A stretch of DNA of 63,988 nt, filler included, from Octopus bimaculoides (Eukaryota): the NCBI RefSeq assembly GCF_001194135.2. It is 4 parts of 4 records of this genome, joined end to end, with 100 filler letters (N's around TTAATTAATTAA, not from the genome) between each part and the next. Parts side by side here need not be neighbours in the genome. Positions count along the whole stretch, not along the records: positions 24,433 to 55,704 come from NC_068983.1; 3 more parts are not named here. The stretch is one strand, 5' to 3'. The translations under genes and the position numbers were made by a program. Positions 24,333 to 37,868 of the stretch are shown here, in pieces. Below the pieces are notes generated by a model. It did not search any database. It saw only the letters and a list, made by a program, of their open reading frames with translations, and had not been told where the DNA came from. The number at the start of each line of letters is the position of its first letter. Position 1 is the first letter of the stretch.

Positions 24333-24432
24333 NNNNNNNNNNNNNNNNNNNNNNNNNNNNNNNNNNNNNNNNNNNNTTAATTAATTAANNNNNNNNNNNN
24401 NNNNNNNNNNNNNNNNNNNNNNNNNNNNNNNN
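24333..24432. other. Assembly join pad (44N-TTAATTAATTAA-44N); also at 55705-55804 and 61907-62006
   Basis: Identical 100-bp construct occurs three times; the 12-mer gives stops in all six frames. Confidence 0.9.
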
Positions 24433-25327
24433 ATATATATATATATATATATACAGAGAGAGAGAGAGAGTGAGTGAGTGAGCGAGTGAGATTTATATTG
24501 AATTAGTGATGACGAGCCTAACATATACGACTATATCGATTTTTCTTTTTCAATTTTTCTCGAAATTTCGACTTATTTAATAATTCTGTTATTGAAATGT
24601 TACATCTGTTACGTATCTCAAGAGTACGTAAAAGCTTATAAATTAACTTTTTATGACATTATTTAGCAGGGAAAATGTTTTTCTTCTTTTTCCATATCCA
24701 CCTTCAATCTCCTGGAAACATAGTGTCGCTATTGTCATCTGTACTGTTAGTTAGCCATCATTATCCGCACGCTATAAATAATCTCTTCCACTATAGGAAT
24801 GGTAGAGGAGATTAGTCAATTGCAGCTACCCTAGTACTTAACTGATTTTATTGAACCCGAAAGGATGGAAGGTAAAGTCAACCTCGCTGGAATTTGAACT
24901 CTGACCATAAGGAGCCAGAAGAAACACCGCAGAGCATTTTCTCCGGTGCGGTAACGATTGAACTAGCTCTCTGTCTTCTAAGCCCTGTTGATAATAGATG
25001 CTAAAATTACTTTACGAAATTGTTGAAAGAGATGACTGATTCTATAATTAAAATACAATCTGGTCAGAAGCAGAATTAATCACTAGGCGTAGGAGTGGTT
25101 GTGTGGTAAGTAGCTTGCTTACCAATCACATGGTTCCGGGTTCAGTCCCACCGCGTGGCACCTTGGGCAAGTGTCTTCTACTATAGCCTCGGGCCGACCA
25201 AAGCCTTGCGAGTGGATTTCACAGACGGAAACTGAAAGAAGCCCGTCGTATATATGTATATATATATATATATATATATTTGTACATATGTATGTATATA
25301 TACATATATAAATATATATGTATAAAG

Positions 25328-25372
<45 letters not shown>

Positions 25373-27459
25373 ATAGATAGATAGATAGATAGATAGATAC
25401 AAACTATAAGATTGTTTTTATTTATCTTTTAATATAAGCATGGCTACAACCATTTCGATCATAGGTTCATTCAGTCAAGCTTGGCCTATAGTGAAATAAC
25501 TACGACAACAACGACAATTACTACTACTACTACTACTGCTGCTACATATTCTCCTTTATCTTGGCACTATGTTTCACAAATTGCAGAACTCCTCAGCTAC
25601 ATCCAAATCCACAACAAAAATACTAATAACAGTTTCCAATTTTGACACAAGGCCAGCCACTTTTGGTAACGGGGTAGTCAGCTTATATCCATGCTCCACT
25701 GGTACTTGTTTTTATCGAATCCGAAGCGATGAGAGGCAAATTCGATCTCAGAACGTAAGGAACCAGATGAAATGCCGCTAAGCATTTTATCTGTCGGCTT
25801 AAGGATTGTGCCAACTCACCACTTTGTCCAAAATACCAATGATATCTTCTTATAACATTTAAAATATAGAAACAAATCTTTTTTGTCCATGTTAGTATTG
25901 CTGTTTAGTTTCAGTTCAAATCAAGTTGACTAGCACTAGTATACCAATAAGTATGTTGATGTTGTTGGCACTCCGTCGCTTACGACGTCGAGGGTTCCAG
26001 TTGACCCGATCAACTGAACAGCCTGCTCGTGAAATTAACGTGCAAGTGGCTGAGCACTCCACAGACACGTGTACCCTTAACGTACTTCTCGGGATATTCA
26101 GCGTGACACAGTGTGACAAGGCTGACCCTTTGAATTACAGGTTCAACAGAAACAAAGAGTGAGAGAAAGTTGTGGTGAAAGAGTACAGCAGGGTTCGCCA
26201 CTATCCCCTGCCGGAGCCTCGGTGTTTTCGCTCAATAAACACTCACAACGCCCGGTCTGGGAATCGAAACCGCTATCCTATGACTGCGAGTCCACTGCCC
26301 TAACTACTGGGCCATTGCGCCTCCATCACCAATAAGTATAGCAATAAGTATACGCACTAATATACCAATAAGAAACTTGATGGAAACGCTGACCTTCTGT
26401 GTAGCAACTACCTACTTCAGTGTGGACACTGATATATATATCGACAAGAGGAGAGTTTAGCTATGGGTTCGCCATTATCAAACTTCTTTGCCCATGTTAG
26501 TCTTGCTGTTTAGTTTCAGTTCAGATCAAGTTGACTAGCCGCAGCACACTGGTGTGTCACGAGACGACGCTAGGTGTGCCGCACTGTAACCTAAATATAC
26601 CTTTTTTTTCCCCTATACCTTTAGTTATATAATTTTTTGCCCAGGTATGCTGCCGAATTTTGAAAAAGAATATAAGTGTACCGCAAGTGAAAAAAAGTCT
26701 GCAGAGTACTGGACTAGACCAATGATTCAAAGCGTTCCAGCTGTGACCATCCTTATACATTGCACAATATGTCCAGCTTTTCATAAGACGATAGAAGATG
26801 GTTTGAAGGAGATTTCGCTGTCATGTCTAGCAAGTCAAGCGGTCATGGAGAAATTCCTCCTTAGCTGTAATATTCACAGAACTTTAATGTTGTTTTTTTA
26901 ACCCCAGGCCAACTCTAATTGAACACCTATGAACTATGACTTTTTAGCCATTTCTATAGTTTTGTTTATGACTACATTATCTAGAGCCTCCTTCCTTTTT
27001 AAAAAACAGTATGGTGTGCTATTTAAGGGAACATAAACTGCTACTTCCAACTTATAAATCGTACGACTGTAGTAGTAAATTTACTGAACAATAATACGTT
27101 AAATAGCTCCAGTTCTTCCCCTTACTAAAGGGTTGCTTCCCTTGGAACACATTAAAGTATGCTTAAAGTAATCAGAATTTTGTTAAATGCTACATATACG
27201 TAGTACAACGATAAGTGACGGGTATCATCACATAAATACACACACACACAGACACACTCACACACGCGCGCGCGCATGCACACACACATACATACATATA
27301 TACATACATGTATTTGGCGTGGGATACTATTTATAGAAAATACGATGAATACTATCTCCAACTTTGGAGCCACAACTATCAGCCTTGTTACACAATTGGT
27401 TAATCTTCAGACGAATTAACTCAGGGAGCCTTTTATTCACGACCGTAGTGATTTTCGAC

Positions 27460-28330
27460 TGTGGTAAATAGCAGGTACAACAGCAATGATTATTGTATTA
27501 GTAGTGGTAGTCAGGATTATATACCGGTGAAATGTGCCCTTACTGAAATTTTCCGAGAAAAAATAACTTTGGCCTTGAAGGAGTCTCTCGAGGAGAGAGT
27601 ATTCTCTACCAAATTAAGTAAAAACAACCAGATACGGTATTAAAAGCAGTTAACAAAATCGGTGATGAGTATTTACAATAGTGTGATGAACCCACATTCT
27701 GGCAGATTTACACCTGTCTATATGCTCTGGCTACTACTGCAAACCAGTACATGAATAACATTCAAAAAGTAAACAAAACCGAAACAACAAAGAAAGTACC
27801 CTCATGGGTTTTGAAGACAGAGAAAGCGATAACTGGCTTACGAAAGACCATCGGTCATGTAATGATGCTTCTTGCGAGCAAAAACGTAAATCACTATACG
27901 TCCCACCAACGGAAAGTAAAGAAGGAGATAGAAATGAGGTTTGGAGACAGCAAAAAGAAGACATTCACTTGAAAACTGATTGCCCTCAACTAGGAGCTAA
28001 AAGTTGTGAGTGAAAAACTCAGAAGAACAATAAACAAAGAATTTAACCGAAACCAGGCAGCAGTATAGAGAGACATGAGAGGAGGAGCAGCAAACATCAC
28101 AGAAGCTTCTGGAGGAAAATCTGGAGTAAAGAGGAGTTTAACCAAGATGGCGTAAAGAGAAGGAGTTTAACCAATGTTGTATGCCCAAGACATACAACAT
28201 TGATGGTGAAACTCTTGCAACTGTAATCTAGAAACTTTAGGATAGAAAAGCACCAGGAAGAGAATTGTTGGATATTGGTACAAGAAGCTAATCTACCAAC
28301 TACACCTTATCAATCTGTACCAGCAAGATC
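27460..28330 (+). mobile_element. Degenerate R4/Dong-like non-LTR retrotransposon ORF fragment
   Basis: KVPSWVLKTEKAITGLRKTIGHV resembles the pre-RT PxWxxRLxxxIxxLRxxIG region of R4-clade elements. Many stops. Confidence 0.45.
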
Positions 28331-29804
28331 TCAATAGGAACAGTAGCACACCACATTGGTTAGCTCTGTCAGAGACAAAATTGATCTATTGCAGTGTTAG
28401 ATTTTGAGTATTTAACTTGAAATTAGAAAAAAATAAACAATAAACACACTCTATAAGACCTGGACATCAATGTTTTGAAACTGATCTATTTTCCATTACA
28501 TTTCATACACATTCAGCGCTGAGTTGCCTAAGTAGAAATATCATTATAACAAATATTCTGTTCAATACCACAGATTTGATTATAAGTTGCTTAACCTTAA
28601 CCACTCGAGCATGTTCCTTAGTGGCTGACAATATGTGCATCTCTGATGAGGAGTAGGAGGAGCATCATAGCCATGTGCTGAAAGGGAGTCTTTCGGGTTT
28701 GAATAAATGCAACTAAAGCAAATTTTGAAGGAAATATTAGCCATTTTTCATGCTTTCTAGGGGTAAGCAAATGGGAAATAAAAGTTACTACCTAAGAACA
28801 AAAATCGTATTAGTGTTATTTGACAGCCAAGATTCTTGGTATCAGCAGACAAGTAGTGACTTCAATAAACACAATTCATCGGTGAAAATACCATATACAA
28901 ATATATAAATAAATAAATAAATGAATAAATAGATAAATAAATAAAACAAAAAAGGATGCTTTCGCACGAATGCCACATGAGATTCGTGTTAGCGAAATAG
29001 CAGTCAATCGAGTCAATTACATTTGTCACTAAAATACGTTTAGCTTAAATATTTAAATTTGGCTGGAAGAGTTGTTTCCCTTTGTAAATTTGTGAGATTT
29101 ATCTCCCCTAGATTTTATCGACGAAGTGTTTACATATCTCTCACCCTGCTAGAAATACTAACGAACTCTTTCCGCCTACATACTATATGTACAAAAAGAA
29201 ACCCATTGTATAATATAGTCCTAGATACATGATGCTCCACAAACTGAAAGGAATGATAACGGCTAAAAAGCCTTTGATCCTGTATCTCATTTGGGAAGAC
29301 TGACCTGTAGTTAGACAACAGCAACATAGCAGAACCGTAGACTGCTACATAAAATGTACTATATCATTGAGTTCTGACGACGGACTCATCTACAGCTTCT
29401 ATTTTTCTTGGATCCGTGCCATGACATCAAAAACTGGTGACATACTGTTGCTGTAGTCGTTGTCATCATCGCCGTTGTGTCATCGTTGTCCGTAGGGTTG
29501 TTTCATCCGAAATGACCTGATTGAGCAAAGCTGCAATTATTAATATTACGACTTTTCACTTGTTTTGTATATCAGGAAGAACATACTCCAATGTGTCCTT
29601 CCTTATCTGAAGCTGCATTGTGTGATTTAAGGAGTTATTTAGTTAAGTTGCTGCTTCTTTGTAGTTCTGGGCTTTGTATAGATTATTTCGTTATATAGAA
29701 AAGGAGGTAAAAAATCAAGTTGAATTCTTTACAATATAGTAATACTTATAGCCACTTAGTGAGCTCTATTTGCACAGGAGTTAATATTGTCTTCGGACTA
29801 GGGC

Positions 29805-29861
29805 CTGATGAGTGGTCCACGAAGTTGCGGCCTGGCTTTCATGGATGCGAAACCACTGGTC
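29805..29861 (+). ncRNA. Partial hammerhead motif
   Basis: CTGATGA-G..TCCA...TGGATGC-GAAA-CCACTGG-TC. Core, stem III and GUC present; stem I does not pair. Confidence 0.35.
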
Positions 29862-31068
29862 ATTATGACCAGACATTAACTTTATTACTTCACTATATAT
29901 ATATATCATCATCATCATCATCATCATCGTTTAACGTCCGCTTTTCATGCTAGCATGGGTTGGACGATTTGACTGAGGACTGGTGAAACCGGATGGTAAC
30001 ACCAGGCTCCAATCTAATTTGGCAGAGTTTCTACAGCTGGATGCCCTTCCTAACGCCAACCACTCAGAGAGTGTAGTGGGTGCTTTTACGTGTCACCCGC
30101 ACGAAAACGGCCACGCTCGAAANNNNNNNNNNNNNNNNNNNNNNNNNNNNNNNNNNNNNNNNNNNNNNNNNNNNNNNNNNNNNNNNNNNNNNNNNNNNNN
30201 NNNNNNNNNNNNNNNNNNNNNNNNNNNNNNNNNNNNNNNNNNNNNNNNNNNNNNNNNNNNNNNNNNNNNNNNNNNNNNNNNNNNNNNNNNNNNNNNNNNN
30301 NNNNNNNNNNNNNNNNNNNNNNNNNNNNNNNNNNNNNNNNNNNNNNNNNNNNNNNNNNNNNNNNNNNNNNNNNNNNNNNNNNNNNNNNNNNNNNNNNNNN
30401 NNNNNNNNNNNNNNNNNNNNNNNNNNNNNNNNNNNNNNNNNNNNNNNNNNNNNNNNNNNNNNNNNNNNNNNNNNNNNNNNNNNNNNNNNNNNNNNNNNNN
30501 NNNNNNNNNNNNNNNNNNNNNNNNNNNNNNNNNNNNNNNNNNNNNNNNNNNNNNNNNNNNNNNNNNNNNNNNNNNNNNNNNNNNNNNNNNNNNNNNNNNN
30601 NNNNNNNNNNNNNNNNNNNNNNNNNNNNNNNNNNNNNNNNNNNNNNNNNNNNNNNNNNNNNNNNNNNNNNNNNNNNNNNNNNNNNNNNNNNNNNNNNNNN
30701 NNNNNNNNNNNNNNNNNNNNNNNNNNNNNNNNNNNNNNNNNNNNNNNNNNNNNNNNNNNNNNNNNNNNNNNNNNNNNNNNNNNNNNNNNNNNNNNNNNNN
30801 NNNNNNNNNNNNNNNNNNNNNNNNNNNNNNNNNNNNNNNNNNNNNNNNNNNNNNNNNNNNNNNNNNNNNNNNNNNNNNNNNNNNNNNNNNNTATATACAT
30901 ACATACATACATACATACATACACACATATGCATGTATGTGTATGTGTGTGTGTATATATATATAAAAAACATAACAAAATCACTGTGAAACTTAATTTA
31001 ATTTTAATTTTTAATAAATTGATTTTAATTGAGTTTTTACCTCTGATTTTGGATTTTATCCCTAATAT

Positions 31069-31105
<37 letters not shown>

Positions 31106-33486
31106 ATATATATATAGGTTGTCGATTGCACACACTTAATGTATGTGTTTTGTTTGCTCACTGGTTTGCTGCAGAACAGCACTTGGGATATGACTCTTTC
31201 ATAGCGCTGGATATTAAAATTCCTGAAAGTCATAAACAGTGAGACAACTTGCTTCCGATCAAATTCTGGAGTGATGGATATTTTGCCATTTTTGTGGTTT
31301 ATCAACTTCATGTACTTAGATCGAGCTGGAAACAAATCAAATCGCCAGTCTGTGACTATATATAAACAGTGCAAAATCTCTTTGCTGGTATGTCACAGTG
31401 ATGCATACTTAAGATTAAATTCAGTAATGGTTTAAAAACAGTGTAGTAAACATTATCATCCACACATACTCAATATATGTACTTGACAGGTAGTACTATT
31501 CCTCTGACCCAGAGCTGTAGCAACTGTCAGGATCCCAGCTATGGGCTAACTAGCATATGTGCAACAGGATGTAGAAATACTCAGGTTGGTGTCCAAGGAT
31601 GCAGTAAACCCATTGGCAGTGTAAAACGCCCTTATCTTTGTTCAGGCATCCCTCTAGAAAAAGATTGATTTATATATAAAACCCACTGCTCTACTTAACC
31701 GAATATCTTGAAATTTGCTTGGCTCTGGGCTTCACAGTATTGCTAGTGAGAGTTTTTGTGGTGGTGTGCAAGCCATACTCAATTTAAAACCCTTGCACAG
31801 GCATTGATAGTACCTGTCAGTAATGGTCATGCTCGTTTAACGAGTTGACAGCCATCATAAATGCATGTATATTTCTATGTATGTATGTATATATGTATGA
31901 GGGTATATGGCCTAGTGGTTTGGTGTTGCATTCAAGATTACGAAATCGTGGGTTCGATTTCCAGACCGGGTTTTGCATTGTCTTCTAGCGCAAAATCCTT
32001 ACCTCGCATTGATCTGCAATCACTTTAACATCGAATGTATAACAAACTGTGCACCTGTACAGGTAATGCCGATTTAATGGAGGGAGTGAGCTATTGTTCA
32101 GCACGAGCATTTGATTACTTTAAACAACTCATCTGTGTAGGGTGTCCGGTAAGAAATTGCATACCTTCTTCCTTGAATCCAAAAGATGACCTTACATGTA
32201 TATTTGTGGAACATTGCTTTTGTTATATTTTTGGTGATTTTGTTGTTTTTTTCTCAAGCATTATTTTTCCATACTTCTGCAAAAGTTTATTGAAGGATAA
32301 AGTAATTAAATCACAGAAGTTTTCAAACCTTCATAACCTCCTCTTCATGTTGAAGTGATCACAGTGTGAAATACTGCCTTTCTGCAGCAGACATGGACAA
32401 TTTGATTACTGTTGACATTACTTCGCAAATTTGAATTTTGACTGCTAGATATTTACATCAACAACATTTTTGTTTGTTAATTGTAATGGTCTTTGTAATT
32501 GTCTTTGTGTGTTAATATCATTTAGATGGAATTTTGGTTTAAGCACCTTTTATATCCCCTAACTCTTTTTCATTTTTTGGAATTTTCAGAAAAGTTTTGT
32601 GAATTTCTTTTCTACTCACAGGAATTCATACAATTATGAAAAAAGAATTGTTTTTTTGTTTTTTTTTCCACACCCACTTTATTCTTCATAAGTCCTAAAA
32701 TTTCTATTTTTCAAATTTTTTTTTCTTTTTTTTTACCTGAATCAGAATTTAAAACACTGACAGTCTGAATATTTTGCTTAAATCCCAGCAATGGACCACC
32801 CTTCGGTGCATCATCATTGCAATAAATGTGCTTATAGGGAGAAAAATATGGAAAAGCATCAATACATATCAGAGTGACAAAGAAATGAGGAAGGTACCAG
32901 GTGGTCGTAAGATGTGCTATAAAAATAACGGCCAAATCACCCTCAAATCACACACATTTTCTTTTCTTTTCTTTTTTCTTTTTTCTGTATAATCATATGA
33001 ATTCCTGTATGTAGAACACAAACTTGCAAAAATCTGAAAATTCCAGAAAATAAAAAGGTTATGAGGTGTTTAAACCAAAATTCCACCACTTTTTAAATTT
33101 TAGCATTGTTATGTGTTCTGGACATCACTTCCTTTATTAATTGAGTAGTTTTTTTCAGAGGCTAGAAATAATTATGCAGAGTATCAATGTGTTATCATTA
33201 ATGTTATGGGTCTAGACTTGTTCTTTGTACAGTGCAGTACACTGAAATTGCACCTTCTTATAGGTACATGATGGGCCAGCCACAGTGTGTTGCACTCGTA
33301 TGGTTAACATCACAGAATTAAAAGTATACAAATTTCACGTTTGCAACCAAATTTATAAATCACATTGGTTTTTATCATTGTTCTCAATTTTCCATTTTTA
33401 TATGTTTGTACCATNNNNNNNNNNATGATGATGATGAGGGCAAATTTTAGCTATTTCTCTGTAGATTGAAAAATAATGATGAACAA

Positions 33487-33527
33487 CCTTAATTGATTTT
33501 CAAACCTTACTGGGTTCTCATCAGTGG
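33487..33527 (-). ncRNA. Degenerate minimal hammerhead motif
   Basis: CCA-CTGATGA-GAACC-cagtaa-GGTTT-GAAA-ATCAAT-TA-AGG. One mismatch at the base of stem I. Confidence 0.45.
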
Positions 33528-33769
33528 ATTCTACATCATTCTCACGGACTCCAGAGAAACAAACAGCCAAACTGTCTATATACTCAACAAATAAAGTAGT
33601 TACTTTATGAAGGGATACCTAATTTGCATACCAAAAGTGTTTAACAGTTATTTGGTATTATGTATATATCTCTGTTCTGTTTCAACAAGCGTTTTGATAA
33701 TGAGCTCCTCTAGTTTGTGTTCCTTGTGTGTGAGAGAGAGAGAAAGAGAGAGAGGGGGGGGGAGAGAGG

Positions 33770-33819
<50 letters not shown>

Positions 33820-33825
<6 letters not shown>

Positions 33826-34070
33826 TCCCTAGAACACAGACAGGTAAGATATGCAGTGATATACATTTGGAAAATCCTGCAAGGACGTGAACCAAACTTT
33901 GGTACTGAAAGTTACACAGCCACCATCGAGATAAAGGACGAGATAATGGGACACCTTGAGTTTCAAGAGCCCACAGCTTTTTTGATATCCTCCAAAAAAT
34001 CTTTGAGAGACCTACATGGAGGAATGTAGGTGTCTTCAAAACAAAACTGGATCTCCTCCTGTCATGAGGT
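33820..34070 (+). mobile_element. CR1/L2/Jockey-like LINE 3' fragment
   Basis: SLEHRQVRYAVIYIWKILQGREPNFG resembles SLERRRERYxIIYxWKIxxG. Confidence 0.55.
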
Positions 34071-36621
34071 CCAGGTTTACTTTCACTGCATGACACCTTG
34101 GGCAAGTGTCTTCTGCTATAGCCATACATCTTACCACACAACCACACATGTGCCTATAAATAAATTCTGATATCAAATCTGAAACTAGAGATAAACAAGA
34201 AATATGGTGAATGTGTGCAACATGGAGCTGATGCTACGAAGCAGCAGCAGGAGGGATGTCAAGTTTCTTGGATTGCATGGAAGTATTTTACAAAAATGTA
34301 ATGTCATGCATTCTTTCATTCTTTCAAAAATAGATATATAAGTAAATAAATGTCAGTCAATAAATGCAGGCATAGCTGTGATATGAAGCTTGCTTCTCAA
34401 CCACATGGGTTCAGGTTCAATCCCACTGCATGGCAACTTGGGCAAGTGTCTTCTGCTATAGCTTTGAGCCAACCAAAGCCTTGTGAGTGAATTTGGTAGA
34501 CAGAAACTGAAAGAAGCCTATTGCTTTGTGACCCTCAGTACCATGTAATCTAAAATTGATTCTATCACATGATTTTCCTTCCAAGTGAAATATCTTTCAC
34601 TTGCTTTCATCATTAAAATAACTGAGAAATGCATCAATGTCATAATTTCAATATCTCTTCAAATGTAATGTTGAAACAAAGTTTCAATGTAAGAATTCTT
34701 TGCTGTTGTGGGATATGGCGAGGGTGGGGAGTTAAATCATGGCATGCTTTTGAATTCTGTCTAAAGCAGTCTCACTTAAATCTCATTCTTAAAACCATTA
34801 TTCTTTCTATGTAAAAATTGATGGTGTGTGTGTGTATATGTGAGTGTGTGTATATGTGAGTGTGTGTATATGTGAGTGTGTGTGTATGTGTGTCTGTGTT
34901 AAATATATATACCTGTAAAAGAAATCATCATCACCAGAGTTACCATCATTATCACCAATAATACCAACAATATTATTGAATTTTTCCTAATTATTTTTAT
35001 TATATCTTTATTTGCTAAGAATACATAATCAACATAAACAACAAATGTATAATTAGACTGTACAACAAACCACATGATGAACAAAAACAGCCAATCAAAC
35101 ATTACTATTACCATTACAAGCATGTGACAATAAATATTTACGTTTTGGTTCATCTTACAGTATTAGTTTATTTCAAATGGTGGTCAGAAAGCCATAATTT
35201 CACAGCAAACTACATGTAGTCTACTGACTGTTTATCAGCATATAATGAGTACCTATTTCATTAATCCCGGAGGAACAGAAAACAGAATCATAGATTTGAA
35301 TAGTTAAACCCAGTCCATACAGGGATATATAATCTTGCACTCTCTCAGCTACTCTTGTTTTGTAATGTAATGATAATAGATTCTGTAAATCAAACACAGA
35401 AGTGCTTTCTATACTATAGAGGAGGGAAAGGCAATGTGCTAGCAGAATCGTTAGCATGTCAGGTGAAACGCTTAATGGATTTCTGTCTGTCTTCACGTTC
35501 TGAGTTCAAATTCTACTGAGGTTGACTTTGTCTTTCATCCTTTCAGGGTCAATAAGTGCCTGTTGAGTACAAACATTGATGTAATCAACTTACCTCCTCC
35601 CCTGAAATCACTAGCCTTGTGCCAAAGTTTGAAGGGAGGAAGGGAGAGAGAGACAATAGGGGTGTAAGTGAAAGGAGCTTGAAATAATCAAGAACTGAAC
35701 CAGATTTACATTACTTCTTCTTTAATAATGTTCAACTGAAAATATTTTGCTATGATGTATTGATGTCCAGTATAGAGACAAGGCTACATGTTTGGGGTGG
35801 ATGGATTAGTTAAAATGACTCTATTAAAAGGCAAAGTTAACTTTGATAGGATTTGAAATCAGAACATAAAGAACAATAACTAAATAACGATGCACTTATG
35901 ATTCTGCATCAGTAAATCAACTTCTGTTTAATGAAATATTGTTATACAGCACATACAGAAACCACACAGTTTTTCATGAGAGCCATAACCGATTGATTTG
36001 ACAACACTCTTTCAGTGGCATTTTATGTTTTTTCAACCCAAGAAGGATAACAGGCACAATTAACCTTGGTGGAATCTGAACTCAAAATGTAGAGGAAGGT
36101 AACTAAATAATAGTTTCAAATTTTGGCACAGGGCCAGTGGTTTTTGAGGGGATGGGGAGGTTGATTACATAGGCCTCAGTACTAACGTTATTGACCCTGA
36201 AAGGATGGAACGCAAAGTTGGCCTCAATGGAATTTGATATCAGAATGTAAAGACAGTTGAAATGCTGCTAAGCTTTTTGTCTCGTGTGCTGACTATTATG
36301 CCAGCTCACTGCCTTAATGCAACTAAGTTCTCTGTTAATACAAACCTACTAGGCTAACAAAATTTTTTTTAGTTAAGAACTCCATGTATATTTGTGGCAG
36401 GCTCCAAGGTTATAGTTCAGAACCATTCTATATTGTAAATCCATGGCTATATTCCCATTTAGACTGGTCTTTTACACAGAGAGATATACAAGACAAGGAA
36501 TATGTAATGATCATTATTTATACCTTGTCTAATATATATATATATATATATATATATCATCATCATCATCATCATCGTTTAACGTNNNNNNNNNNGGGTG
36601 CTTTTACGTGTCACCTGCACG

Positions 36622-36668
<47 letters not shown>

Positions 36669-37670
36669 ATATATTGTCTTAGTTGGAAGGGGAAGGGGCA
36701 ATACTCATATACTTCAACAGGGACTCTCAGACTGATGGAGGGAAAGTGAAGATGAGCAACTAGTTTGGCCATGGTTCCACCAATTCTAATTCACAGTCCT
36801 CAGTGCACCATTTCTAAGTTAAGTACAAGACCTTTAAAACTTAAATAGGCATTAACAAATAGTGGAAACCATATGGAGTCCCATGCCCAAACAATTCTAT
36901 CATCTACAATACTTTCTTGTCAAATGTTGATGACTAATATAAACAGATGACCCCAAATTTCAAGGATAGTGTATAGCAGTTTATTATACTGACTACAATC
37001 AATCTGGTTGTGATTATATCTACACCAGAAGGATGAGAAACAGAGTTGCCAATTCTGAAATGTGAACTCAGAACATTAAAAAAATGACAAAACTAAATAG
37101 CGAAAAACAAGCAATTTATCTGCCATTCTACCACCTCCACCACCTACTGCCATCGCTTTGCACTAAAACAGAGATACAGCAAAACAGATAGATAGCACAT
37201 ACAACAACAATATAGTTTATACTCTAAAACATTTCAAGACAAAATTGAGAAAGTCTGAGGAATAAGATTAAAGTGTTTGTTGAATAAAATAAAATATAAA
37301 ATGTTAAATAACATTGATCATGTGCCTGTCTGTATCTAAAATAGGTATATGTATTTGTGTCTATGTATGCATGTGTGTATATATCATTGTATGTAGGTTT
37401 ATACATGTATATCTGCATATGTGTATATGTGTATATATGTATATGGGTAGGTAGGTAAATAGGTAAGTAGGGAGGAAGGTTTCTACTGTCTATATGTATA
37501 TGTACATACATATATCTGTGTATGTTAATATCTGTGTGTGTGCGTGTGCGTGCATGCACATTTATGTATGTGTATGTACATGCATACGCAGATACACAAT
37601 ATTACTAATAATAATGTTATACAATATTCTAGAATAATTCTAGAATTAAAATTTTGATCCCAGATTATAA

Positions 37671-37687
37671 TTAAAGTAGTAGCAGTA

Positions 37688-37750
<63 letters not shown>

Positions 37751-37809
37751 GTAACAATAATAATAATAATAATGATAATAATAATAATAATAATAACAAC
37801 AGCAATAAC

Positions 37810-37858
<49 letters not shown>

Positions 37859-37868
37859 TCAATATCAA
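37671..37868. repeat. (TAA)n microsatellite, about 60 units
   Basis: Direct observation. Confidence 0.95.

Larger units (their letters stand above)
29145..35382 (-). pseudogene. Six-exon probable pseudogene, weakly similar to a receptor guanylyl cyclase (ANF-receptor ectodomain, TM, start of kinase-like domain)
   Basis: AG/GT segments with chained phases: 35253-35382 (0>1, open), 32737-32916 (1>1, open), 32196-32444 (1>1, 5 stops), 31483-31653 (1>1, 2 stops), 31162-31325 (1>0, open), 29145-29243 (0>0, open). The family assignment rests on weak motifs seen by eye. Confidence 0.45.

Noticed and set aside
24377-24388. TTAATTAATTAA repeated three times inside gaps; could look like a piggyBac TTAA site or a conserved motif
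   Set aside because: Always centred in exactly 44+44 Ns, so it is an assembly spacer.
25250-26325. tRNA-like A/B-box heads as tRNA genes
   Set aside because: They continue into SINE bodies present in multiple diverged copies, and no complete cloverleaf is seen.
26545-26900. Possible transposase or recombinase fragment
   Set aside because: No motif could be assigned with confidence.
29370-29520. CTGACGA followed by a CGGA/TCCG stem as a hammerhead
   Set aside because: No correctly placed GAAA, stem III or UH.
29983-31117. Long ORFs of 240-436 aa (also at 8.5, 16.2, 43.0, 45.6, 48.3 and 51.8 kb)
   Set aside because: Their length comes from N runs translated as X.
33511-33620. Possible extra exon (VSLHKV...STDENP, GTAAGG donor) of the pseudogene
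   Set aside because: Phase 0-0 does not fit between the flanking phase-1 junctions, the acceptor is poor, and it overlaps a hammerhead-like motif.
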